Numbered from the stretch's first letter, positions 36,692 to 45,891 are shown. The stretch: DNA of 64,000 bases from an uncultured Candidatus Saccharibacteria bacterium (GCA_964566135.1 CAZMHM010000003.1:79856-143855), one strand, 5' to 3'. Program-made: numbers and translations. Notes: a model not told the origin generated them from the letters alone.

Positions 36692-37786
36692 ATGGATGAC
36701 CTGATTCATGAATTCGACGAACTTTCACTCGCGATTGCAAAAGCAACCGAGCAGTTACAACTTGGCTCGTTAGTGAGTGAAATATCAGAACTCGAACAGC
36801 AGGTTAACGAACCGACGTTTTGGAACGACCAGCAACATGCCCAGGCAGTCACAAAGCAAATCGCAAAGCTAAAAGCTCGCACAGAACCGTGGCTTGCCGT
36901 GCAGCGTATTGTTGCTGAATCAAAAGAGCTAGCAGATATGGGTGATACATCTGTTAAGCAGGAGCTTGAAGTTACGCTAGCTACGCAAAAGCAGACGTTT
37001 GAAACGTTAAAGCATGAACTACTGTTTAGTGGCCAGTACGATGATCATGATGTGATTATGAGCATTCATGCTGGGGCGGGTGGCACTGATGCTCAAGATT
37101 GGGCCGAAATGCTCCTGCGAATGTATCTGCGATGGACAGAGGCACATCCTGAAATGAGTAGCGTTGTGATTGAGCAATCCAATGGCGAAGAGGCAGGGCT
37201 GAAAAGTGTCACATTAGAAATTAGCGGTGTACTTGCGTATGGCAGGCTTAAAGGAGAAGCAGGCGTACATCGTCTTGTACGTTTGAGCCCGTTTAATGCT
37301 GATAATCTACGCCAAACAAGCTTTGCAAAGGTAGAAGTAATGCCAAAAATTGAGCAACCAGACGAGGTCGCGGTTGACGAAAAGGATCTAAAAATTGATG
37401 TCTATCGCGCTGGCGGACATGGCGGGCAAAGCGTCAATACAACAGATAGCGCTGTCCGCATTACTCACATACCGACCAATATCGTGGTGGCTATTCAAAA
37501 CGAACGCTCTCAGCTCCAGAACAAAGAAACAGCAATGACAATTCTGCGTTCAAAACTTGCTAGCCTGCAGCTCGAACAGCACAAAGAAAAAATCAGTGAG
37601 CTAAAAGGCCCTAACGAGCAGGCAGCGTGGGGCAACCAAATTCGTAGCTATGTGCTTCATCCGTACAGCATGGTTAAGGATTTACGCACTCGGTTCGAAA
37701 CGAGTGACACTAGTGGTGTGCTTGACGGTAAACTCGATGACTTCATGAATTCATACCTCGAGTGGTATGTTACGAAAGAAGCTTAG
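36692..37786 (+). CDS. prfB: Peptide chain release factor 2, uninterrupted (no programmed +1 frameshift)
   Basis: SPF tripeptide (RLSPFNA) and GGQ (AGGHGGQSVNTTDSAVRITHIPT) are present. A single 364-aa ORF runs from the ATG. Confidence 0.95.
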   Translation: MDDLIHEFDELSLAIAKATEQLQLGSLVSEISELEQQVNEPTFWNDQQHAQAVTKQIAKLKARTEPWLAVQRIVAESKELADMGDTSVKQELEVTLATQKQTFETLKHELLFSGQYDDHDVIMSIHAGAGGTDAQDWAEMLLRMYLRWTEAHPEMSSVVIEQSNGEEAGLKSVTLEISGVLAYGRLKGEAGVHRLVRLSPFNADNLRQTSFAKVEVMPKIEQPDEVAVDEKDLKIDVYRAGGHGGQSVNTTDSAVRITHIPTNIVVAIQNERSQLQNKETAMTILRSKLASLQLEQHKEKISELKGPNEQAAWGNQIRSYVLHPYSMVKDLRTRFETSDTSGVLDGKLDDFMNSYLEWYVTKEA

Positions 37787-37788
37787 GC

Positions 37789-38460
37789 GTGAGCGAGGAA
37801 GAAGTAGACAAAGCCGCTAAAATAATCTGGGATTATATGCTTCTTCATTGTGAGTTAGCTAAGAGCGATGTAATTTTTTGCCTGTGCAGCCATGATACTC
37901 GTGTAGCAGAGCGAGCTGCTGATTTGATGATGGACGGATACGGTAATTACTTGGTTATTTCTGGCGGCCTCGGAAAACTTACCAAAGATATATTTACTAA
38001 GTCGGAGGCGGAGATTTTTGCAGACGTTGCGATTGCAAGAGGTGTTCCTCGGAAAAAAATTATAATTGAGTCACATTCAACCAATACTGCCGAGAATATT
38101 ACATTTACGTATGAGTTACTTAAGTCAAAAAAGATTAGCCCTAAGTCAATTATATTAGTTCAAAAACCGTACATGGAGCGACGCACATACGCAACTTTTA
38201 TGCAGCAATGGCCAGGCGATAAACCATCAGTTACTGTCACATCACCACTGTTGAGCTACGAAGAATATCTCGATTATCATATTCCTAAAGACGATGCGCT
38301 TAGTATCATGGTGGGTGACTTGCAACGAATTCGGGAATACCCGAAGTTTGGTTTCCAGATTGAGCAAAAGATACCGCCGAACGTGTGGGACGCATATGAG
38401 CAATTAGTGCGCGCAGGCTTCACATCTCATCTTATACAAACACAGAACCAGTCGGTATAA
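37789..38460 (+). CDS. DUF218 (YdcF/ElyC-like) family protein
   Basis: LVISGG...FTKSEAEI...HSTNTAENI is the DUF218 pattern. GTG 37789 lies just after the prfB stop. The track start at 37762 overlaps prfB. Confidence 0.7.
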   Translation: MSEEEVDKAAKIIWDYMLLHCELAKSDVIFCLCSHDTRVAERAADLMMDGYGNYLVISGGLGKLTKDIFTKSEAEIFADVAIARGVPRKKIIIESHSTNTAENITFTYELLKSKKISPKSIILVQKPYMERRTYATFMQQWPGDKPSVTVTSPLLSYEEYLDYHIPKDDALSIMVGDLQRIREYPKFGFQIEQKIPPNVWDAYEQLVRAGFTSHLIQTQNQSV

Positions 38461-38481
38461 TCTGCTATAATCAAAAGCAGT

Positions 38482-39165
38482 ATGATTCTTCTGGATAGGG
38501 TAACAAAAAACTACAACAGACGTGGAACAGCACTTAAAAGTGTTAGCCTGCATGTCGAACCAAAAGAGTTCGTGATTATTGTTGGGCCAAGTGGTGCCGG
38601 CAAATCAACCCTATTAAAGCTTTTAACCCGAGAAGAAAAGCCAACCAGCGGCAAGATTATTGTTGGTGGTATTGATTATGAGACGCTGAAAGATAAGAAT
38701 ATCCCATTATTACGTCGCAAGATTGGTGTCGTCTTTCAGGACTTTAAATTATTGCCAAACAAAACCGTGTTTGAAAATGTCTCGTTTGCGCTTGAAGTTG
38801 TTGGTATGGGCAACAAAGAAATTCGCCATACCGTACCACGGGTCCTTGAAATCGTTGGCCTAACAGGCAAAGAAGATAACTATCCCGGCGAGTTGTCTGG
38901 TGGTGAGCGCCAGCGCGTAGCAATCGCCCGAGCCATCGCACGTCAGCCCAAGATTTTGATTGCCGATGAGCCAACAGGTAACCTCGACCCAAAGCATGCA
39001 TGGGATGTCATTAGAGTTCTCGAAAAAATTAACCGCTATGGCACAACCGTTCTGCTAACGACCCACAACATGGATATTGTTAATAAGCTCAAACGGCGCG
39101 TTGTTACTATAAAAGACGGCCAAGTAGCTAGCGACCGAGCAAGCGGAGGATACCGCGACGTATGA
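38482..39165 (+). CDS. ftsE: Cell-division ABC ATPase FtsE
   Basis: Walker A GPSGAGKST, the ABC signature LSGGERQRVAIARA and Walker B ILIADEPTGNLD are present. ATGA overlap with ftsX. Confidence 0.92.
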   Translation: MILLDRVTKNYNRRGTALKSVSLHVEPKEFVIIVGPSGAGKSTLLKLLTREEKPTSGKIIVGGIDYETLKDKNIPLLRRKIGVVFQDFKLLPNKTVFENVSFALEVVGMGNKEIRHTVPRVLEIVGLTGKEDNYPGELSGGERQRVAIARAIARQPKILIADEPTGNLDPKHAWDVIRVLEKINRYGTTVLLTTHNMDIVNKLKRRVVTIKDGQVASDRASGGYRDV

Positions 39166-40100
39166 AACGAAAGCTCATTACGCTACGTCGTATTACTATT
39201 GCTGGCGTCCAAAACTTCTTTCGTAACTCTTGGCTAACGGTTGCTGCCACCGCAGTCATGGTTGTTGCGTTGGTTATCATTTTATCTGCAGTTGTACTTA
39301 ACGTGACCGCCCGTAATGCAATTGCCGAGTTATCAAAGAACTTAAAAGTATCGATTTATCTAAAAGATGATGCCAAGCCAGAGATAGTGGGCGAGCTAAA
39401 AAAAGAGCTAACAACCAACCCGTATGTCGCCGAAGTAACGTTTGTATCTAAAGATCAGGCTCAGGCACAATTTAGCGAAAGCTTTCAGAACGATCAAAAA
39501 TTATTAGAGGGCCTTGCGCTGCTTGGTGGCAACACATTACCAGCCTCGTTTGAAGTTAGCGTCGCGAATTTGGGCAAAATAAATGATGTCGGCAATATTC
39601 CTAAAAAAGAAGTCTACAAATCAATTGTTGATAGTATTACGTTAGGTAAAACTGATGCAAAAAAGACTATCGATAGAGCAGCGGCAGCGCAAAAGTTTAT
39701 AACTACCGCAAGTATTATTGCTGCAGCGGTGTTTGCGGTAGTTAGTATGCTTATTATCTTTAATACGATTCGCATGGCAATTTTTACGCGTTCAGAAGAA
39801 ATTCGAATTATGAAACTTATCGGTGCGACACCTGGGTATATCAGGGGTCCGTTTTTGGTTGAATCAAGCATGTACGGTATTATCGCCGGTATTGTAGCGT
39901 CAAGCGTGGTGCTTGCGGCAATTTTTTCGCTCGGTAGCAAAGTTTCTACCCAAGCAGAATTTGCAGTCACTTATACGTTTTTCACAGATCCTAAAATCAT
40001 CGCTGCAATGTACGGAGCAGCAATTATGCTTGGTATCCTCGTCGGTGTTATTTCCAGCCTGCTTGCAATGGAAAAACATCTCAAACTCAAGTACTGGTAG
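39162..40100 (+). CDS. ftsX: Cell-division permease-like protein FtsX
   Basis: TM1, then a large extracytoplasmic loop and three C-terminal TM segments. The FtsX motif MKLIGATPGYIRGPF is present. Confidence 0.88.
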   Translation: MKRKLITLRRITIAGVQNFFRNSWLTVAATAVMVVALVIILSAVVLNVTARNAIAELSKNLKVSIYLKDDAKPEIVGELKKELTTNPYVAEVTFVSKDQAQAQFSESFQNDQKLLEGLALLGGNTLPASFEVSVANLGKINDVGNIPKKEVYKSIVDSITLGKTDAKKTIDRAAAAQKFITTASIIAAAVFAVVSMLIIFNTIRMAIFTRSEEIRIMKLIGATPGYIRGPFLVESSMYGIIAGIVASSVVLAAIFSLGSKVSTQAEFAVTYTFFTDPKIIAAMYGAAIMLGILVGVISSLLAMEKHLKLKYW

Positions 40101-40113
40101 GGCGCCGCAGACA

Positions 40114-40142
40114 TTGACCATAAGCGCTTTTTTTGGTATGAT
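40114..40142 (+). promoter_or_regulatory. Near-consensus sigma-70-type promoter: TTGACC, 17-nt spacer including TGG, then TATGAT
   Basis: -35 TTGACC is at 40114-40119, followed by a 17-nt spacer. The extended -10 TGGTATGAT is at 40134-40142. GTG 40149 lies 6 nt downstream. Confidence 0.6.
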
Positions 40143-40148
40143 TATGGT

Positions 40149-41318
40149 GTGATTAGTAATTGGCTCTCTGCCATGAAAAAACAAATAACCAAACCACAAT
40201 TTAAATCTGTTGCGCGAACAATCGCTGCTTTGTCTATGGTTGTGGTTGTGGTTGCCTCGCAGGGTAGTACATTAGCTGCTACGCTCGAAGAACTTCGTGC
40301 GCAAAATAATGCGTTACAAGCGCAAATTAATGATAATAACGCCAAGGCTAAAGAGTTAGCCGCCCAAGCAGACTCGCTTCAGAACCAACTTGCCGAGTTA
40401 AGCCTGCGTATTTCATCATTGCAAACGCAAATTGAGCTGACGAAAGGCAAAATTAACGAACTACAAGCTAGTCTCGATAAAGCACAGGCCGAACTTGATA
40501 GGCAGAAACTGCTATTAAAGGCGAGCGTGCAGGCACTCTACAAGAAAGATGGCGCTTCAACAGTTGAGCTGCTAATTGGTAGCGATAGCTTTAGCCAGTT
40601 CATAAACGATCAAACCTACCTCGAGCGTCTCAAAAGCGGTATCCAAGATTCTGCCCAAAAGGTAATTGCCCTTAAGCAACAAATTCAGTCACAGCAAGCT
40701 GAGCAACAAAAGTTATTAGGCCAGCAACAGGCACAGCAGGACTCACTGCAAGCCACACAGCAACAACAGCAGAGTTTACTCGATCAAACCAAGGGTCAAG
40801 AAGCCGCTTATAAGCAAATGGTAGGTAATCTTCGCGCACAACAACAGCAAGTTATGGCAGACATTGCAGCTAAGATGGCTGCATCGGGCACCGTACTCTT
40901 AACTGGTGATGGTTCTAATGGTGGGTATCCAACTGCCTGGAGCCGCGCACCACAAGATTCATTGATAGACAGCTGGGGTATGTATAACAGGGAATGCGTA
41001 AGTTATACCGCGTTTAAGGTTGCTCAGTCTGGGCGAAACATGCCGTACTGGGGTGGTGTTGGTAACGCTAACCAGTGGCCAGGCAATGCTCGCGCCGCAG
41101 GTATGTCAGTGGATCGTAATCCACAGGTAGGCGACGTTGCGATTACATTTAATGGCTACTATGGTCACGCTATGTATGTCGAAGCCGTCAATGGCCGAAC
41201 TGTTACCGTTAGCCAATACAACTGGCCAGTGAATGGACAGTGGGGTATGTATAGCGAAATGTCACTATCGGCTGATAATTCGAGCCTTGGCCCCATGACG
41301 TTCATACACTTCCCATAA
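40149..41318 (+). CDS. PcsB-like secreted peptidoglycan hydrolase: signal peptide, long coiled coil, C-terminal CHAP domain
   Basis: Heptad- and Q-rich coiled coil of ~200 aa. The CHAP nucleophile is in the context NRECVSYTAF and the His is in GHAMYVEAV. The start is either GTG 40149 (leaderless geometry) or ATG 40173. Confidence 0.85.
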   Translation: MISNWLSAMKKQITKPQFKSVARTIAALSMVVVVVASQGSTLAATLEELRAQNNALQAQINDNNAKAKELAAQADSLQNQLAELSLRISSLQTQIELTKGKINELQASLDKAQAELDRQKLLLKASVQALYKKDGASTVELLIGSDSFSQFINDQTYLERLKSGIQDSAQKVIALKQQIQSQQAEQQKLLGQQQAQQDSLQATQQQQQSLLDQTKGQEAAYKQMVGNLRAQQQQVMADIAAKMAASGTVLLTGDGSNGGYPTAWSRAPQDSLIDSWGMYNRECVSYTAFKVAQSGRNMPYWGGVGNANQWPGNARAAGMSVDRNPQVGDVAITFNGYYGHAMYVEAVNGRTVTVSQYNWPVNGQWGMYSEMSLSADNSSLGPMTFIHFP

Positions 41319-41341
41319 ATTTAGTAATCTCGTATAAACAG

Positions 41342-41366
41342 AGAGTGGCACAGGCCACTCTTTTTA
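41342..41366 (+). terminator. Intrinsic terminator after the CHAP gene
   Basis: AGAGTGGC (41342-41349) pairs with GCCACTCT (41354-41361) around the loop ACAG, followed by TTTTATTT. Confidence 0.8.
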
Positions 41367-41431
41367 TTTCTTATAAATTGCTGTGTTGCTTAGGTTCTTC
41401 TCAGCTTTGGTATGCTAAACTATAACGGAAT

Positions 41432-42664
41432 ATGACAAAAACAGACGGTACGCCTCGGGGGCAAAAAAAATCCGGCGCTTTGCGTTGGTTTGTAATTGGA
41501 TTTATTAGCATTCTTATTTTAGGTGGCGTATTTTTTAGCGGCCTAGAGTTTGGTAAGGGCAGCTGGCAGCTTAGTTTTATGAAGCCAGTGACCGCGAACC
41601 GCGATTTGCCAGCTCGGCTTGATTATTCAAGCGTGAACGAAGTTTACCAAGCACTTAAGCGAAAATACGACGGTAAATTAGACGAGCAAAAACTGATGAC
41701 AGGCATGAAAAAGGGTCTAGTCGAGGCCGCCGGTGATCCATATACGACCTACTTTGATGTTGATGGCGCAAAAGCGTTTAGCGAGCAACTCAATGGTTCA
41801 TTTAGTGGTATCGGCGCCGAACTAAGCAAGCAAGGTAATGATATTGTCGTTATCTCGCCAATCGCTGGCTTCCCGGCCGAAAAAGCAGGCCTTAAATCTA
41901 AAGATGTGGTTATTAGCATTGATGGTCAAGATGCTACCGGGCTAAGCGTTGACGAAGCCGTAAAGCGTATTAGGGGCGAAAAGGGCACAAGCGTTAAGCT
42001 CGTGGTTATCCGTGATGGCCAGCAGCGTCTTGAATTTACCATTGTTCGCGATACCATCACCATTCCAAGCGTCACAAGTAAAATCATCGATAATAACATT
42101 GGCTATATCCAAATTTCACGCTTCGCTGAAGATACTAATGGCTTGGTCGATGCGGCTGCCAAAGATTTTAAAGCAAAAAATGTAAAGGGAATTGTACTTG
42201 ATATGCGCAATAACCCTGGCGGCTATCTTACATCTGCAGTCAGTGTGTCCAGCCAGTGGCTTAAGAACGGCCAAATCATTTTGCAAGAAAAACGTGATGG
42301 CAAAGTTATCCAATCATACGCCGCCCAAGGTGATGGCCAACTCGTGGGAGTTCCAACAGTTGTACTTATTAACGAAGGTAGCGCCAGCGCCAGCGAAATT
42401 ACGGCAGGCGCCCTAAAAGACAACAATGCAGCACTGGTTATGGGCACGAAGTCGTTCGGTAAGGGTAGCGTGCAAGAATTCAGTACCTTTAAGGGCGGTG
42501 ATGTGCTAAAAGTCACGGTTGCACGTTGGTATACGCCAGCTGGTAAGAATATCGACAAAGAAGGCATTGAACCAAATATTAAGGTTGAGTTAACGGCTGA
42601 TAACATTAAAGCAGCGGTTGATACGCAACTTAATGCCGCCAAAGAAAATCTCTTAAAACGCTAG
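41432..42664 (+). CDS. ctpA: S41 C-terminal processing peptidase (CtpA/Prc-like) with PDZ
   Basis: N-terminal TM segment. PDZ domain (GFPAEKAGLKSKDVVISIDG). The S41 motifs RNNPGGYL, GSASASEI and SFGKGSVQ are present. Confidence 0.9.
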   Translation: MTKTDGTPRGQKKSGALRWFVIGFISILILGGVFFSGLEFGKGSWQLSFMKPVTANRDLPARLDYSSVNEVYQALKRKYDGKLDEQKLMTGMKKGLVEAAGDPYTTYFDVDGAKAFSEQLNGSFSGIGAELSKQGNDIVVISPIAGFPAEKAGLKSKDVVISIDGQDATGLSVDEAVKRIRGEKGTSVKLVVIRDGQQRLEFTIVRDTITIPSVTSKIIDNNIGYIQISRFAEDTNGLVDAAAKDFKAKNVKGIVLDMRNNPGGYLTSAVSVSSQWLKNGQIILQEKRDGKVIQSYAAQGDGQLVGVPTVVLINEGSASASEITAGALKDNNAALVMGTKSFGKGSVQEFSTFKGGDVLKVTVARWYTPAGKNIDKEGIEPNIKVELTADNIKAAVDTQLNAAKENLLKR

Positions 42665-42704
42665 AGCCTTGCATTATTAGCAGGTAATGGCTTAAGATTA
42701 ACGT

Positions 42705-43085
42705 ATGAATGATCTACACAAAAAAATCCTGCTCGTTGAAGATGATGATGGTCTAGCGAGTGTATATCAAACAAGGCTTGAGGCTGAAGGCTTTACAATC
42801 CGTCGTGTTCCTAATGGCGAAGACGCTCTTGCTGCGGCAATGGAGTTTAAGCCAGATTTAATCTTGCTTGATGCCATGATGCCAAAAGTTAGTGGTTTTG
42901 ATGTGCTCGATATCTTGCGCAACACACCAGAGACTGCAAATGTACGCATTATTATGCTTACTGCGCTCAGCCAAGACACCGATAAGCAACGTGCCGAAAG
43001 CTTGGGTGTAGACGAATACTTGGTTAAATCACAAGTTGTTATTGCCGATGTTGTCGAGCGAATCAAGCATCACCTCGGCTTATAG
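42705..43085 (+). CDS. Stand-alone response-regulator receiver domain (CheY-like), canonical
   Basis: The acidic pocket VEDDD, phospho-acceptor LILLDAMMP, conserved T (MLTA) and K (YLVKS) are all present. There is no output domain. Confidence 0.85.
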   Translation: MNDLHKKILLVEDDDGLASVYQTRLEAEGFTIRRVPNGEDALAAAMEFKPDLILLDAMMPKVSGFDVLDILRNTPETANVRIIMLTALSQDTDKQRAESLGVDEYLVKSQVVIADVVERIKHHLGL

Positions 43086-43108
43086 AGTAATCTAAACGTA
43101 TTATCTAA

Positions 43109-43133
43109 ACGGCCCCAAATGGGGTCGTTTTTA
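43109..43133 (+). terminator. Intrinsic terminator after the receiver gene
   Basis: ACGGCCCC (43109-43116) pairs with GGGGTCGT (43121-43128, one G-U) around the loop AAAT, followed by TTTTT. Confidence 0.75.
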
Positions 43134-43163
43134 TATAACGGTACGGGCTACTATGACCCTATA

Positions 43164-43192
43164 TTGACAAAAAGCAAAGCTTATGCTAATAT
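43164..43192 (+). promoter_or_regulatory. Consensus-like promoter: TTGACA, 17-nt spacer including TGC, then TAATAT
   Basis: -35 TTGACA is at 43164-43169, followed by a 17-nt spacer. TGC plus TAATAT is at 43184-43192. An A-rich ~20-nt leader without an SD runs to ATG 43219. Confidence 0.65.
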
Positions 43193-43218
43193 GAATATTA
43201 GTAATTCAAAAAACAAAT

Positions 43219-44376
43219 ATGACAAACAGATTACCATCATCAATCGATATCGGCAGGGGTGACTACCCAGATGAAAACCTCGAACATGTCGCTGGCTCTG
43301 GCTCTCGATTCTTAAATACAAATGCAGGCCAAGAAAAACGAGGTGTCGTTATTGATCCAAATAGAATAAATAGCGCATTTACCCAAGAGGGATACCGTTT
43401 AGTTGCAACGATTACTCCTGGTGGTGAACAGGCAACATCACTTAAGATTGTTGATATGGGCGATATTATATCGAATAACGGTATGCGTGATTATTGCGGT
43501 AAACAGGTAAGTGACGCTGCACGTTACATTATTGTTGGCAATTCAGCAGACCAAAATGGTGATTTTGAAGTCTTAGGGTTGCGTGATGGCGATGTCTTTG
43601 AATACGGCCGTTCTAAAACAGATTCAGCCGGCAACCCGCGTGAAAATACGTTTGCAACCAACCAATTTACGTCACGTCAGCAACTTACTGTTCGAATTGA
43701 CGAGCAAGGCACTATTTCTATCATCGATCAAAATTCATCTAACGGTACTACGGTAGAATGGGGTACCAATGAAGCCCCCAAAGATGTCTCAGATGTTGAG
43801 GCCGCTAATCCACGTGGTAAGCGCGTGGGGGCAGTATCACTAAAGCACAATGTTGCGCTAGTTATCGAAGAACTGCCAACACCTACAGCTCCAGAGGCAT
43901 TTATTAATGCCGAGGCTGCCTTGCGACAACTACGTGAAACGGTTCCTAAAGAAGACTTAAATCGCGTTATGGCGAAGATTGCCGAAGATGTCATTTTACA
44001 ATCCGACATGCCTGTAGAGCGTGTTACTCGGGACGCTACAGAACTTATTACTGACCTACAAAGCATAGACCCAGCAATTATTGATATGCTAGGTATCGAG
44101 ACAGACTTTGCGATTGCAAAAGATAGCCTACGGAGGCGTGATACAGAAGCACTCAAACAGACGTACGCAACGATTGTGCGTAAAGTTGGTGCAGAAACCT
44201 CTCGTCGTTCGCGTTGGGTAGAAGAAAAAATGACCCGTGATGATAAAGTGTCGTTTGATGCGAGCTTGATTGATGGTATTGCCCCAAAGTATTTGCGACG
44301 TGCAGTTAATGGCGCAAACTATGTTGGCCCAAATAGGGTTCCAGTGATGCAGTATCTAAAAGAACGTATACGCTAA
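43219..44376 (+). CDS. FHA-domain protein with an uncharacterised helical C-terminal half
   Basis: FHA signature: GDVFEYGRS...NQFTSRQQLTVRIDEQGTISIIDQNSSNGTTVE. The remaining ~200 aa match nothing I recognise. No TM segment. Confidence 0.7.
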   Translation: MTNRLPSSIDIGRGDYPDENLEHVAGSGSRFLNTNAGQEKRGVVIDPNRINSAFTQEGYRLVATITPGGEQATSLKIVDMGDIISNNGMRDYCGKQVSDAARYIIVGNSADQNGDFEVLGLRDGDVFEYGRSKTDSAGNPRENTFATNQFTSRQQLTVRIDEQGTISIIDQNSSNGTTVEWGTNEAPKDVSDVEAANPRGKRVGAVSLKHNVALVIEELPTPTAPEAFINAEAALRQLRETVPKEDLNRVMAKIAEDVILQSDMPVERVTRDATELITDLQSIDPAIIDMLGIETDFAIAKDSLRRRDTEALKQTYATIVRKVGAETSRRSRWVEEKMTRDDKVSFDASLIDGIAPKYLRRAVNGANYVGPNRVPVMQYLKERIR

Positions 44377-44381
44377 TAATC

Positions 44382-44409
44382 AAAAATCCCCTCAGGCGAG
44401 GGGATTTTT
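44382..44409. terminator. Bidirectional intrinsic terminator between the convergent FHA gene and rpmA
   Basis: AAAAATCCCCTC (44382-44393) pairs with GAGGGGATTTTT (44398-44409) around the loop AGGC. A U-run is produced on both strands. Confidence 0.85.
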
Positions 44410-44427
44410 AGTTGGTCAAAGTAAAAA

Positions 44428-44700
44428 TTATTCTACAACAACTTCGGTGCGACGAACTGTTTTGCCAGTGTAACGGCGAACAGCGCGTTGTTTGAAAGAA
44501 ACAACACCGTCTTTAGCAGCGTGAATAGTGTAGTTTCGGCTCATAAAAGTGCCGTCGCCGGCAACTTTTGTTTCACCAACCTGACGCACGAGAACTTCAC
44601 CAGTACGGACAGCTTGGCCACCAAAACGCTTCACACCAAGACGTTGGCCTGGGCTATCGTGATTGTTTTTACTGGTTCCACCAGCTTTAACGTGTGACAT
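44428..44700 (-). CDS. rpmA: 50S ribosomal protein L27
   Basis: MSHVKAGGTSKNNHDSPGQRLGVKRFGGQ is the L27 signature. 90 aa. Confidence 0.95.
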   Translation of the reverse strand: MSHVKAGGTSKNNHDSPGQRLGVKRFGGQAVRTGEVLVRQVGETKVAGDGTFMSRNYTIHAAKDGVVSFKQRAVRRYTGKTVRRTEVVVE

Positions 44701-44703
44701 ACA

Positions 44704-45891
44704 TTATTTCCTTATAAGTATTACGAGCTCGCGTGCAACAATCTGATCAGGCCTAAAATATAGGAGCTCTTTTGTTGGTACTCGCTCAAGAACCATTCGA
44801 TTGTACCCTAAATCTGTTAATTGGTCAAGAACAGGGAGGTGTTTAAAGCGATTTTGGCCTACATTCCATGCAGGTACTGCAATACAAATACGCGTGCCGG
44901 GTTTAAGTTGTTTGTGCAGGTTTTGCAAAAACTTCTTGTGCAGCAAGTTAACGGGCTCTAAAATCGCACGCAACTTATCTGGTGAAGGGATGTTTGACAT
45001 GGGGTGTCCAAGGTATGTTTCGGCTGCAACGGTGGTAATTGGTTGCTGCCACTGATGATCGCGAGCATCGCCAAGTTCTATCTGTACCGAGCCGTTCGCT
45101 TCGCGCCAGCGATCTTGCAACCACTTGATATTACCTGTTGAATATTCGATCATGCGGGCTTCGTTGTCAGTACCAATTACATTCGCGCCCATGAGCAACG
45201 CTTCTTGCAGTAGTACGCCTGTGCCACAGAATGGGTCGAGCACAACAGCTTCTTTTACGGGCGTTGTCCCAAGTGCAAGGTTAATAATGGTTTGCGCAAG
45301 CTTTGGTGGCAGCATACCAACAAACGCGTCACGGTTAGGGCGAGCTTGGTCGCGCGCAGAATATGCATCAATATCTTGTTCGGCCATAGTAAGACCAACC
45401 AAAGTTTTGTTGCCATAGCGTACGCATACAAGCTCCCAGCCGCGTTCGGCGCCAGCAAGGTGATTGTGGAGTACTTGTGGGGTAGAAAGGGTGGCGCCTT
45501 TGTTTGGGACGATTCTAATTGAGCGACCACTGGCTTTAACTATCTTTTTGATTGATAGCGCGCTTGCAGTGAGGTTCTTTGGTGTTACTTTTACGCCGTA
45601 GCTACTAATACCAACGTTAAATTTACCTTCGGTAGGGATGTAATCGAGGTGTTCTTTGGTCATCGCCAGCAAGTATCGCTCAACTACCGGCCAATCGGTG
45701 GTCTGTAACTCTTTAACGACCGTTACGAGCTTGATAACACTCCCAAGTCGGTTGAACTCAATTTTATTTGCATCAACGTTTAACAAGGCAAACTTATCAC
45801 CGAATTGCGTGATTGCTTTTGCTCCGTATAAACTTTCGAGTTCCGCGATACCTAAAAGTGGTTGTCGCCCTAAAATGACCAATGATTGCAT
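44704..45891 (-). CDS. Class I SAM-dependent (probably RNA) methyltransferase with an N-terminal accessory domain
   Basis: Motif I LDPFCGTGVLLQEA is present. The motif IV position reads ETYLGHP rather than DPPY. Overall it resembles Trm11/RlmL-like enzymes. The substrate is unknown. Confidence 0.7.
   Translation of the reverse strand: MQSLVILGRQPLLGIAELESLYGAKAITQFGDKFALLNVDANKIEFNRLGSVIKLVTVVKELQTTDWPVVERYLLAMTKEHLDYIPTEGKFNVGISSYGVKVTPKNLTASALSIKKIVKASGRSIRIVPNKGATLSTPQVLHNHLAGAERGWELVCVRYGNKTLVGLTMAEQDIDAYSARDQARPNRDAFVGMLPPKLAQTIINLALGTTPVKEAVVLDPFCGTGVLLQEALLMGANVIGTDNEARMIEYSTGNIKWLQDRWREANGSVQIELGDARDHQWQQPITTVAAETYLGHPMSNIPSPDKLRAILEPVNLLHKKFLQNLHKQLKPGTRICIAVPAWNVGQNRFKHLPVLDQLTDLGYNRMVLERVPTKELLYFRPDQIVARELVILIRK

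Noticed and set aside
36692-36800. A programmed +1 frameshift site in prfB
   Set aside because: The RF2 ORF is continuous from its ATG, with no in-frame TGA or CTT TGA motif near codon 25. The autoregulatory frameshift is simply absent, as it is in a minority of bacteria.
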